A DNA stretch of 32,000 nt, taken from assembly GCF_013177435.1 (NCBI RefSeq), contig NZ_CP053627.1, forward strand, positions 540,001 to 572,000, read 5' to 3'. Within the stretch, counting starts at the first letter, position 1. Each line of letters begins with the position of its first letter. Of this stretch, positions 1-7,503 are shown piece by piece. The stretch is from Xylella taiwanensis (GTDB taxonomy: Bacteria; Pseudomonadota; Gammaproteobacteria; Xanthomonadales; Xanthomonadaceae). The position numbers and the translations under genes were made by a program. The notes beneath the pieces were generated by a model. The model saw only the letters and a list, made by a program, of their open reading frames with translations, ran no database searches and was not told the DNA's origin.

Positions 1-588
1 TATGCAGTTATGCAGTTATTGTGCTTGACTTGGTACAGTGTTTTCTTTGGAAGTTTGCAAGGCGTGGCGATGCCAATGCAAACGACCTGATTGCCGCATA
101 CCGTCAGCTAAGTAAGCGTTAAAGAAATGGTAAGCGCCCTTGTTATAACACGTGATTGTGGTGTCGTGCTGCTTGAATTTTCACAGGAAGTGTTCGATCA
201 CATAACGGTGTCCTGACTATTTAAGGTTGCGCTTGTGGATATGTTGCACTTCGAGAAATCACGATGTGTTTTGATAAGACATGGCAGGTGCTTCCAAATA
301 CTAGGGAAGCACCCTTGAGCAATACAGTATCGTTTGGATGATTAGGTGATTATTATGTGATTTTTGTGCCGATACACTTGTTGTTGCTTGGTAACAATAG
401 TGTGATTCATTTTTACTGATCTTCTTGAAAAGCTTGGTGATGTCATATGGATGATTTATCAAACGGTTGAGTTAAGGATTCAAGCATTCCTTAGTTTCTT
501 GACTGAAACATGACATGCGCCCAGTTGGTACATCTGTGTCCCCGGCGAGATAATTCAAAACAACACTTGAGCGCTGTTTAAGGTTAAT

Positions 589-602
589 CCCCCCCCCCCC
601 CC
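589..602. repeat. Homopolymeric C14 tract (G14 on minus strand)
   Basis: Counted directly: 14 consecutive C from 589 to 602, inside the IS remnant between its N- and C-terminal transposase-like segments. Confidence 0.95.
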
Positions 603-804
603 AACTGGTCATATATGTGCTTTCCTGGCAGTGCCGCACTGCTTAAGGACCATGCGGCTCGAGCCGGCAATGGCTCTGCCATCGGTATGTTTAAGATGAA
701 TTCGATAAAGAGCATCTATAAAAAAGTACGTTAAGTTGCTTATTTTTGACGCATAAAGCGTCAACGCTTATTTCAAACCAAGATGTGTAAGATGCCTTGT
801 TGAG

Positions 805-832
805 AAGGAGGTCTGTGCAAGGAGGTCTGTGC
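805..832. repeat. Perfect tandem duplication, 2 x 14 bp (AAGGAGGTCTGTGC)
   Basis: 805..818 and 819..832 are identical. On the minus strand the duplication falls in the 'LHRPPCTDLL' part of the transposase-like frame; 14 bp is not a multiple of 3, so it shifts the frame. Confidence 0.95.
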
Positions 833-2575
833 AGTGTTGATATGGCCGGTTTTTTCTCGAAAACAGTTCTTGCTTTGGGGAGGTCAGAACGACACATCTT
901 GAGGAGGTTGGGAGGTGCTAATCTCGTTGAACAGGGCGGAGTCATCATCTAGTTTCACTTATCTGTGCAGGCGATGCCATCACCGATGTGGAGGTGTGTT
1001 CCACCGGCCGCCCACGCTCATGGTTGAGTGAAGCTTCACGGAACCGATGTAATGGCGTGAGTGTGACCGAATTTGGAGAGGAGCCGAAGCGATCTTGTCT
1101 ACAAAGCAATGTCACGCTGAAGGAACTTAAGGCACAACAAGAACGGTTGCAGGGATTGTGTGCTTTCAGCATCCTGCGTAGATGGTAGCTACTCTGTCCA
1201 TGTGTACCGCACAACAGCGTGTGTAGATGCTGAAGGTCGGGATGGTGCATCTCGATCGATGTGTCAGTGCAGCGTTGCACCAAGCTGAACGTTGTTGCAG
1301 CCAAATTTAAACCATCTCACCTTGATCATTGTGTGCATCCTGTGCGATTGCTAACAGTCTTTCACCACGGCTGGCATTGCTGTCCATCACTTAGGGAATG
1401 CCCAGTGTCGCTGGCAAGCCGATATCGCTGTGCCTACAGCTGGGATGAAGGAATAACAAGCCTACCTTGGTGCCATTGATGCGATGTGCAAGCCGAGCCA
1501 AACAGATCCAAGGTGCAGGGAGCACGATAAGTCCCCGCGTGTCGGCATGTTGTATAGCGGGTAGTGGGGAATGTGTGACGGGCAATCTCGTTCCGGTAAC
1601 CATACAGTTTGAATCAGTGATGGTTGATGCGCGCAAGGTGGTAGATTCCGACACCTAGTACGCCTTTACGCAGATGGGATGGGATATCCAGGATCTGACC
1701 TTGTGCTTGCCGATAGCCTTCACTGCAATCTCCCAATGAGCGGCGGTTGCCAGCTAAGCCAATATCCCATACGGAGGTACTATGTTTTGCCAAAGATGCA
1801 GCCAGAACGTGGGTTGCCTTTGACTCCAACGCATCGGGTGTTGGCCAAACCGTGACTACTTGGTATACCAGGGGCGTACTGAATGTGATCGCCGTGCACG
1901 CAGTGCCGATCTGCCCCATTCGATGCGCATCTGATGCCAGTGCAGATGGAACCAGCTCACACGCAGCACAGTATTGTGGATATTAACTGGCGAGCACGGC
2001 CTGGATGTCAGGATGGTGTCTCTCTTGGCCCGCGTGGCTATCGAGCATTTCGGATCAGGCACAACCAGCAACGCTGTGGTGCTGTCATCTGTGAGGATCA
2101 TTTGCGCCGATGACGACCAGTATCGTTACAAAGTCACGGCTGGTGACCGCTACAGTGGGGTGTGCATGGATGGAACTGACAAGAGTGGTACCGATCATCA
2201 ATCAGTGTTGGTCGGTGAAAGTGGCAATGCTTACGTGTTTGCATGACAGCTCTAGCAGCAAAAAAGCAGCCCGCGAACAGGCCAAGGCCGCGTGAGACTG
2301 GCTCGACCCGGAATAGCTTCCCTTAATTGCACGCTTGCCCTTGGTGAGGCTGACCCACTGATTCGGAACCGAATTCGGATTCGGTAAACCCGGCATCGAC
2401 CAAGTGTGTTGGCTTATTGCCAAGACTACGCATACTTTCAGCTGTTCCAGAGGCTTTACTACCGCAGCGGAACTGTGGGGGCTTGGAGCTAACTCACGTA
2501 GGGCATTAGGAGTGGATTTCTATTCTCTCGCAGGCAAGCAGACCTATCACCTGCAGTATTGTTTGACCGCGGCGA

Positions 2576-3037
2576 TTATTTCTGCCGTTTTTTAATAACA
2601 GGGCTGCCACCAATGTAAATCGTCTTGGCGTTCTGGTTGCCATGCACAATCTGTCCGTGATTGGTACCACTGAATGTTACCTCATTGTTATGTGAAGAAT
2701 GTCTCAAAAATCCGAGCATTCCCAACATGGCTGTCTTTATTTCTTCAGATGCTTCGCGGAATGACCGGGCAATCAACAATTCCTGAGGTGTGAATTCAGA
2801 TACCGACGATGGGATGCCGGTCAGCACATAGCCCACGTCGACCCCTGCCTGTGCCACGGCAGCTAGGTAATTGGCATCGGGGAAGCGCTCACCCTTTTCG
2901 TAATGACTTTGTGCATTGCGTTTGACACTGGCCACTTCGGCCAGCTGGTTTTGATTCATTCCCAAGCGCTTGCGTTCACGTTGCAGACGTGCTCCAATTT
3001 CACTCGATTGAGTAATTATTTTTAATGATGAATCCAT
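2576..3037 (-). CDS. XRE/Cro-C1 family HTH transcriptional regulator (cI-like repressor candidate)
   Basis: 153-aa ORF. N-terminal 'IGARLQRERKRLGMNQNQLAEVASVKRNAQSHYEKGERFPDANYLAAVAQAGVDVGYVLTG' is a classic XRE helix-turn-helix. The C-terminal ~80 aa are unrecognised, with no S24 peptidase-type motif seen. Divergent from a small DNA-binding gene 60 bp away. No SD upstream of the ATG. Confidence 0.85.
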   Translation of the reverse strand: MDSSLKIITQSSEIGARLQRERKRLGMNQNQLAEVASVKRNAQSHYEKGERFPDANYLAAVAQAGVDVGYVLTGIPSSVSEFTPQELLIARSFREASEEIKTAMLGMLGFLRHSSHNNEVTFSGTNHGQIVHGNQNAKTIYIGGSPVIKKRQK

Positions 3038-3097
3038 TTGGATTTAATTTAAGGCTGAGTTATATAGTTACTAAAAGTTTACTTAGGAGTGAGACGC
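3038..3097. promoter_or_regulatory. 60-bp AT-rich divergent promoter/operator region between repressor-like and Cro-like genes
   Basis: Only 60 bp separate ATG 3037 (minus) from GTG 3098 (plus). A TATAGT -10-like hexamer (about 3063-3068) faces the plus-strand gene, with AGGAG at 3085-3089. On the minus strand TAAATT lies about 8 nt before the repressor ATG and there is no SD. Confidence 0.5.
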
Positions 3098-3313
3098 GTG
3101 AAAGAACCTACTGTACGTACTCTTGAAGAAGCACGCCGCGATTTGGATAGACGAGGCATGTCGATTGCTGAATTTGCACGTCAGCATGGCCTGAATTACT
3201 GGATCACCTGCCAGGTGTTGCGTGGTTTGAGGAAAGGCAAGCGTGGTGAATCGCATCGTGCCGCTGTCCTGCTTGGCCTGAAAGAAGGGGTCATCGGAAA
3301 CATGCTGCCATGA
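3098..3313 (+). CDS. Small Cro/Ner-like DNA-binding protein
   Basis: Start chosen at GTG 3098: AGGAG at 3085-3089 with an 8-nt spacer. The track start GTG 3089 overlaps that SD. 71 aa, basic; 'RGMSIAEFARQHGLNYWITCQVLRG...GKRGESHRAAVLLGLK' resembles small phage/Ner-type HTH proteins (recognised from memory only). Confidence 0.65.
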   Translation: MKEPTVRTLEEARRDLDRRGMSIAEFARQHGLNYWITCQVLRGLRKGKRGESHRAAVLLGLKEGVIGNMLP

Positions 3314-3569
3314 AGCCCACCCATGGTACGAGCATTGTGTATCTTCATGATGGTCCATGGTTGGCTCGTTAATTACACCGGTTGATATCGATCCGCAGTG
3401 CGCAAGCCTAAAGCTGCAACAGCCTCAGATGTGTCCATGCGTTTGTCGTCGATTCCCTGGAATACGGTTCTATCACCTGGCGCAATGCTCTCAACCCGGA
3501 TATGTATGTGCCTCATCTCATCACCTGTTCGATGTTACGCATTATCAGTCGCCCTCCAGGAGATTCCTC

Positions 3570-3905
3570 ATGCATCTGCATCATTACGTGGTCCAGACGC
3601 CCCACCGATACATCGTCCTGCACCAGGACCAACATCTGATTGCTGGCCAGCAATACTTGATCCAGCGTCGTGCCGCGCATCTTGTGGATCAGGATGCGCT
3701 ACTACACAACAGCACGGTGATGATGGCGACACAGAAGTTGACCGAACACGACAATCCCGGACGTCATGTCGCTATCGATCTGGATCACAGCATCTTTCGC
3801 TTGGCGACTATCCACGACATCCAAAGCGACGTCCCTGATTCGCTGCCGCTGCTGGGGCTGTTGACCCCGCTTAAGGTGAGTGGGGCCGATAGTGGTGTTT
3901 CATGA
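3570..3905 (+). CDS. Hypothetical protein (island module)
   Basis: AGGAGA at 3558-3563, 6-nt spacer, ATG 3570. 111 aa 'MHLHHYVVQTPHRYIVLHQDQHLIAGQQ...'. The same frame is open back to 3357, so a longer form (ATG 3429) is possible. Alternative-frame ORF 3398..3838 is Pro/Arg/Ser-rich and rejected. Confidence 0.5.
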   Translation: MHLHHYVVQTPHRYIVLHQDQHLIAGQQYLIQRRAAHLVDQDALLHNSTVMMATQKLTEHDNPGRHVAIDLDHSIFRLATIHDIQSDVPDSLPLLGLLTPLKVSGADSGVS

Positions 3906-3994
3906 TCACGTTGCTACACGAAGATCTGCGTCACCTCGGCTTGCTCATGGACAGCACAGATGGCGTGCCCGCCATGATGCCCTTCAACGTCTAA
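3902..3994 (+). CDS. Possible 30-aa ORF (not in the ORF track)
   Basis: ATG 3902 overlaps the upstream stop (ATGA, 3902-3905). Reads 'MITLLHEDLRHLGLLMDSTDGVPAMMPFNV', TAA 3992-3994, and the next ATG is 2 nt later (3997). The only support is this tight packing. Confidence 0.25.
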   Translation: MITLLHEDLRHLGLLMDSTDGVPAMMPFNV

Positions 3995-3996
3995 AC

Positions 3997-4512
3997 ATGA
4001 GTGAAATCATGCGCTTGACATCCTCCGCAATGCAAGACGCTGCCCCTGGCAAGGAGTGTAAACACTGCAAAAGCAGCAGCATCTGTCCTCATCAGGCATC
4101 GCGGATTTTTTGTTCCTGGTTTCTGTGCTGGGAAGGCCATGAATTTAAAACCTTGCAAGGGGAAAGAAGTTCACTTGACTGTTCTAAGGTTTTTATCTTC
4201 CCAGATCCCACGCAGTCTGTGCGTAAGAACACAGCTGTACGGGGCATTGACTCGAACACAGATGCCTCCATGACGCATGATGCCGATGTGCCGGTGGATT
4301 CCGATGACCATCTTCCCGAAGATGAATTTCGGCGGTGGTGGCTTCTGTGCATCACGCGGAAGCAGATCGGCTATTTGCATGGCCGTCCAGACAGCTTGAT
4401 CATCCTCGATCATCTTGCCGCGTTGGCTGATTTCCAAGCCGATGATGTGCATACGCTGATGGCGTGCTCGCGCTCTTTGCTGTCGCATACCAGCTTGACA
4501 GGATGTTGCTGA
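3997..4512 (+). CDS. Hypothetical protein (island module)
   Basis: 171 aa from ATG 3997; the track ORF 3880..4512 is the same frame. Its stop overlaps the next start region (TGAGATG at 4510-4516). Acidic centre 'DADVPVDSDDHLPEDEF'. No recognisable domain and no clear SD. Confidence 0.45.
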   Translation: MSEIMRLTSSAMQDAAPGKECKHCKSSSICPHQASRIFCSWFLCWEGHEFKTLQGERSSLDCSKVFIFPDPTQSVRKNTAVRGIDSNTDASMTHDADVPVDSDDHLPEDEFRRWWLLCITRKQIGYLHGRPDSLIILDHLAALADFQADDVHTLMACSRSLLSHTSLTGCC

Positions 4513-4513
4513 G

Positions 4514-6019
4514 ATGGATGCTGGCCTGCACATGGAGAACTCCCGCTGCTTGGTGGCCGATGATGGCTTTAAGATGGGGTATCAGTGGATGCAGCAAGAG
4601 CGGTGTCCGCAGTGCAGGGAGAAGGAACGATTTGCCAATCAGGTCAGATCTTGTTTGAGCTGCGGTGGCCGTAGTAACACATGCAATCCTGAAGGCTATG
4701 ACAAGGATCTGTACCTAGTCCTGTTGGAACACTGGTCTGGGTGCTGCCAGGTCACCGTGCAAGCTGCTTTACACGTGACCGTCGAGGCGTACCTGCAGTA
4801 TGACGGCGGCTTCGATTTCAAGTGCCTGCGTCGGGTGTTCGGCCAGAACTATTACCGTGATGTGCAAAACAAGATCGGTATCGCGGCGATGCGGTGTCCA
4901 ATGGCTTATGGCAACTGGTCGGAGCGGGTGTTCGATCGACCAGAGCGCTTCGGCAAGATGAAACCGCGCTTCCCCCCCGGGAAAAGCCAGGTAGCCGATT
5001 GGAATCAGTGGCCGGACAGTTCCGCCGATACTGGATGGTTATGGCTGACCGAAGGTATTTTCGACAGCATCCCACCGGAATTACATCGCTTGGGGTTGCC
5101 GACGTTGCTCTCATCCAACAACGCTTTATTGGTCGATGTCTGTCATAAGACCAAACGTGATCGGATGGCTTTTGTATGGATGCTGGATGGTGATGTCTCT
5201 AGCTGCAAGTACACCTGCACATGGGTGGTGTGCGTGCGCAGCGATGGTTGGGAGTATTTTGCTGCGCAGGGGAGGGGCAAGATCAGCCGCAAAGCTATGC
5301 GGCATGACCCCCTGGATCAAGCAGATAGAGCGGAATACTTGTACCAAGGGATGTTGCTGATTGCCGAGTTCATTAGCGCAAAAATGCCTCTGATGTATAA
5401 AAAGCGTAAGCGACGCGAGGTTCATTGCGGTTTTGACAAGAGGGCGTTCTGGTGCCACTGGAATGAAACGCGCGTTTATCCTGTGCGCCCACGCGGCACA
5501 AAGGACAGCGGCCATGAGAGCTGTGACTTGCTATGTTGCGTCACTATCGTAATTGGGCAGAACACCCCTATCAGCGCCAGCGATGCGATCTTGCAACGCA
5601 TCGTACACCTGCATTTCGACAGGAGTGGCCACACTGTGGTCACCAAAGCATTGGCCGAACAGATCGAGTGGATGCTGATTGAGCAGATGTTTGATTTTAT
5701 TCTCGCCACGACCAAACGTGATGCCCAGGTGCTGGACACTCAGGCTAACAAGCACAGCCAGTATGAAAACCAGTTATTGGTGTTTCCAGAGCTCGAGCGT
5801 GTGCGCCTTGCTGAACGTCTTGGTCAGGTCATGGTGTCAGTGGATGCGTTGCAACCGCTGCTTAACCTTGGTGATGCGCAGTCCCAGATTGTTCACGAGG
5901 TGGTGATTGAGTGGGCCAAGCAACGTCAGCAATCAATCAATGCCGACGACCTGCATATCCAATTGTTCTGGCAGCAATGTCGGTTTTTGGATGGCAAGTG
6001 TTTGGTAACAGCGTCGTAA
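4514..6019 (+). CDS. Zinc-ribbon + Toprim primase-like replication protein (no helicase Walker A seen)
   Basis: 501 aa. CPQC-x12-CLSC zinc ribbon at aa 31-50 (nt 4604-4663). Toprim-like 'LTEGIFDS' has E180 at nt 5051-5053, and 'LDGD' gives D225/D227 at nt 5186-5194, about 45 aa downstream as expected for Toprim. The C-terminal ~270 aa are unassigned. I found no GxxxxGK[ST]. Confidence 0.6.
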   Translation: MDAGLHMENSRCLVADDGFKMGYQWMQQERCPQCREKERFANQVRSCLSCGGRSNTCNPEGYDKDLYLVLLEHWSGCCQVTVQAALHVTVEAYLQYDGGFDFKCLRRVFGQNYYRDVQNKIGIAAMRCPMAYGNWSERVFDRPERFGKMKPRFPPGKSQVADWNQWPDSSADTGWLWLTEGIFDSIPPELHRLGLPTLLSSNNALLVDVCHKTKRDRMAFVWMLDGDVSSCKYTCTWVVCVRSDGWEYFAAQGRGKISRKAMRHDPLDQADRAEYLYQGMLLIAEFISAKMPLMYKKRKRREVHCGFDKRAFWCHWNETRVYPVRPRGTKDSGHESCDLLCCVTIVIGQNTPISASDAILQRIVHLHFDRSGHTVVTKALAEQIEWMLIEQMFDFILATTKRDAQVLDTQANKHSQYENQLLVFPELERVRLAERLGQVMVSVDALQPLLNLGDAQSQIVHEVVIEWAKQRQQSINADDLHIQLFWQQCRFLDGKCLVTAS

Positions 6020-6278
6020 TCGGCCTGCACCGCAACCGGATGGAACGATGTGTCGATGGCCTGCTGCCCTGCGGGTATCGGCATACCTGGCCAGATGACA
6101 GCGCTGAGAGAGCTAGTGCTGCTTGCAGTTGTTTGCCACTGAAAACTGTGAATTCCGCCTTGACGTGCCGCTCGGTCAAGTGATGGGTGTTTTAGATGGA
6201 GCGGCAATCAATGGGCCCGACGGGCGCCGTTGCCGCGGCGCCCTGGGGCCTCTACCCACGTAGTCCAGGAGATTTTTC

Positions 6279-6713
6279 ATGCAAAACGATACCGAGGGAA
6301 CCCACAGTACTATTCACACGCCGCAAGTATCCGCCATCGAGTCCAGCACAGAGGCTACCATGCCGACGTTCGCATTGAACGTGATCGATGACGGCAGTTT
6401 CGGCACGTTAGTTCGAGAATGTTGTGTGCTGGTCACGCTGCCTATCCACGGCAATCGTATTGCCGTCGTTGTTGCGCTTGACTTGGGTGGGTTGCGGACG
6501 ATTAGCCGCACTCGGTCATTGATCCCGTGCGTCGCTTGGCGCACTCGCGACCCGAGGGGCATCGCCGTTGATGGCCGTATGGATGGCGAACCGGCCCAAT
6601 ACCTGGATAGCCTGGAGCTGCCAGACTGCGTCGCCGACATGTTGCCCAAGCCGTTCAGGATCGATAGCGCTGCTCTTCTGATCGAAGCCGCTAAGGAAGT
6701 GCGCCATGATTGA
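6279..6713 (+). CDS. Hypothetical protein (island cassette)
   Basis: AGGAGA 6267-6272, 6-nt spacer, ATG 6279. 144 aa with no recognisable domain. Confidence 0.6.
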   Translation: MQNDTEGTHSTIHTPQVSAIESSTEATMPTFALNVIDDGSFGTLVRECCVLVTLPIHGNRIAVVVALDLGGLRTISRTRSLIPCVAWRTRDPRGIAVDGRMDGEPAQYLDSLELPDCVADMLPKPFRIDSAALLIEAAKEVRHD

Positions 6714-6882
6714 GTTGCTCATCCTGTTGATTGGTCCTGCTGCCGGTGGGGCGTTGCTGTACCGGCTGTGGAATACGCGTCCTCCATGTATCACCCATAC
6801 GGGACTAGCCGTTGGTCAGATCCCGGTGAACCGGCGTCGCCGGCGTGCCATGGCGGTACGGCGGGAGGTGTCCCATGGCTGA
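6706..6882 (+). CDS. 58-aa predicted membrane peptide with Arg-rich tail (not in the ORF track)
   Basis: AAGGAAG then a 6-nt spacer before ATG 6706, which overlaps the upstream stop by 8 nt. Reads 'MIELLILLIGPAAGGALLYRLWNTRPPCITHTGLAVGQIPVNRRRRRAMAVRREVSHG': a hydrophobic N-terminus, then RRRRR. Its stop (6880-6882) overlaps the next ATG (6875). Confidence 0.5.
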   Translation: MIELLILLIGPAAGGALLYRLWNTRPPCITHTGLAVGQIPVNRRRRRAMAVRREVSHG

Positions 6883-7135
6883 GTCAGTTGTCTGTGGTCT
6901 TCAGAACAGTGGTAAACCACGCCCTGCCTTAGTCATCTGCAAGACTGACAACTTGCAGCACGTTGTCAAACTGGACAAGAGATCTTTGGACGTCAGGCGT
7001 TTGTGCGCTCCCTGGGGGCAGATGTTCACGTATTCCTACGTGACGGCAGCAGCTATCGTGCAGTGGTTTGGTATCAAGGCGGCGAATGTTTTTAAAGCCT
7101 GCTATCGCGTTGCTTATGTGTGGAGGATGCCCTGA
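6875..7135 (+). CDS. Hypothetical protein (island cassette)
   Basis: GGGAGG 6863-6868, 6-nt spacer, ATG 6875. 86 aa, same frame as track ORF 6845..7135. Its stop TGA 7133-7135 shares the A with the next ATG. Confidence 0.5.
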   Translation: MAESVVCGLQNSGKPRPALVICKTDNLQHVVKLDKRSLDVRRLCAPWGQMFTYSYVTAAAIVQWFGIKAANVFKACYRVAYVWRMP

Positions 7136-7503
7136 TGACATTGCCCAAAACATCTACCGGTGGGATGACCCGCCAGCCGTTTCAGGTGATACTGCCGGAG
7201 GCACCCATGAATGCCAATGAAGTGGCTGCGTTTGATCGGTTGATTGCCATTGCACAGACAAACACCGGTCAAGCACGCCGCGTTGCGGCTTTCCTGCTGG
7301 CCTGGTGGGATTCTGGTACCTGTGGCGGCTTTGATTTAACGGACTTGTGGGGTGTTGATCCGATCATCGTGCATGACATGCAGACGCTGTTTGGCTGTAT
7401 CGCGCGCGTGCACCGCTATCCGGATACGCTGGGTTTTGGTGATCATTTCGAAGTGATCTTGCGTCAGTGGCGGCAGAAACGGATTGGAGATGACCGTAGC
7501 TGA
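7135..7503 (+). CDS. Conserved hypothetical protein of plasmid/genomic-island type
   Basis: GGAGGA 7122-7127, 7-nt spacer, ATG 7135 (TGATG overlap); the track start is GTG 7120. The motif 'AAFLLAWWDSGTCGGFDLTDLWGVD' resembles a small family I associate with integrative elements (from memory, unverified). Confidence 0.6.
   Translation: MTLPKTSTGGMTRQPFQVILPEAPMNANEVAAFDRLIAIAQTNTGQARRVAAFLLAWWDSGTCGGFDLTDLWGVDPIIVHDMQTLFGCIARVHRYPDTLGFGDHFEVILRQWRQKRIGDDRS

Larger units (their letters stand above)
76..969 (-). mobile_element. Decayed IS5-family (IS4/IS5 superfamily) insertion sequence; transposase frame broken by stops and frameshifts
   Basis: Minus-strand translation, changing frames, gives family-like segments in N-to-C order. 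(1) ORF 691..948 reads '...KKPAISTLHRPPCTDLLLNKASYTSW...', like the N-terminal GRPR-x-D-x-R-x-LN-x-I-x-Y region. (2) About 250-340 reads 'SKRYCIAQ...LPCLIKTHRD', like D(K/R)GYD...PCIP.R.NR. (3) 172..207 reads 'R-YVI-E-HFL*KF-K', the R(3)E(6)K part of the YREK signature with an in-frame stop. (4) Then 'ITCYNKGAYHFFNAYLA', like the C-terminal IATRYDK..NF.A...LA. Bounds are taken from a 10-bp direct repeat (66..75 and 970..979) and are approximate. No convincing terminal inverted repeats seen. Confidence 0.5.

Noticed and set aside
3-122. Open plus-strand frame running off the left edge ('...FARRGDANANDLIAAYRQLSKR*')
   Set aside because: It is only 39 codons and has no motif. It also overlaps the minus-strand transposase-like C-terminus and the putative IS boundary. 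Cannot be supported as a gene end.
746-764. Hairpin TTGACGC-ATAAA-GCGTCAA flanked by GCTTATTT on both sides, as a terminator
   Set aside because: It lies inside the decayed transposase frame, the U-tract is weak (TTATTT after a 3-nt gap), and no gene ends there.
2040-2130. 'GSGTTSNAVVLSSVRIICADDDQY' as a reverse-transcriptase (QG..SP / YADD) remnant
   Set aside because: The spacing between the two pseudo-motifs is far too short, the motif is CADD rather than YADD, and there are no other RT blocks nearby.
3398-3838. 146-aa alternative-frame ORF in the island
   Set aside because: Its Pro/Arg/Ser/Cys-rich composition is typical of an off-frame read. The overlapping frame has a strong SD at 3558-3563 and couples to the downstream genes.
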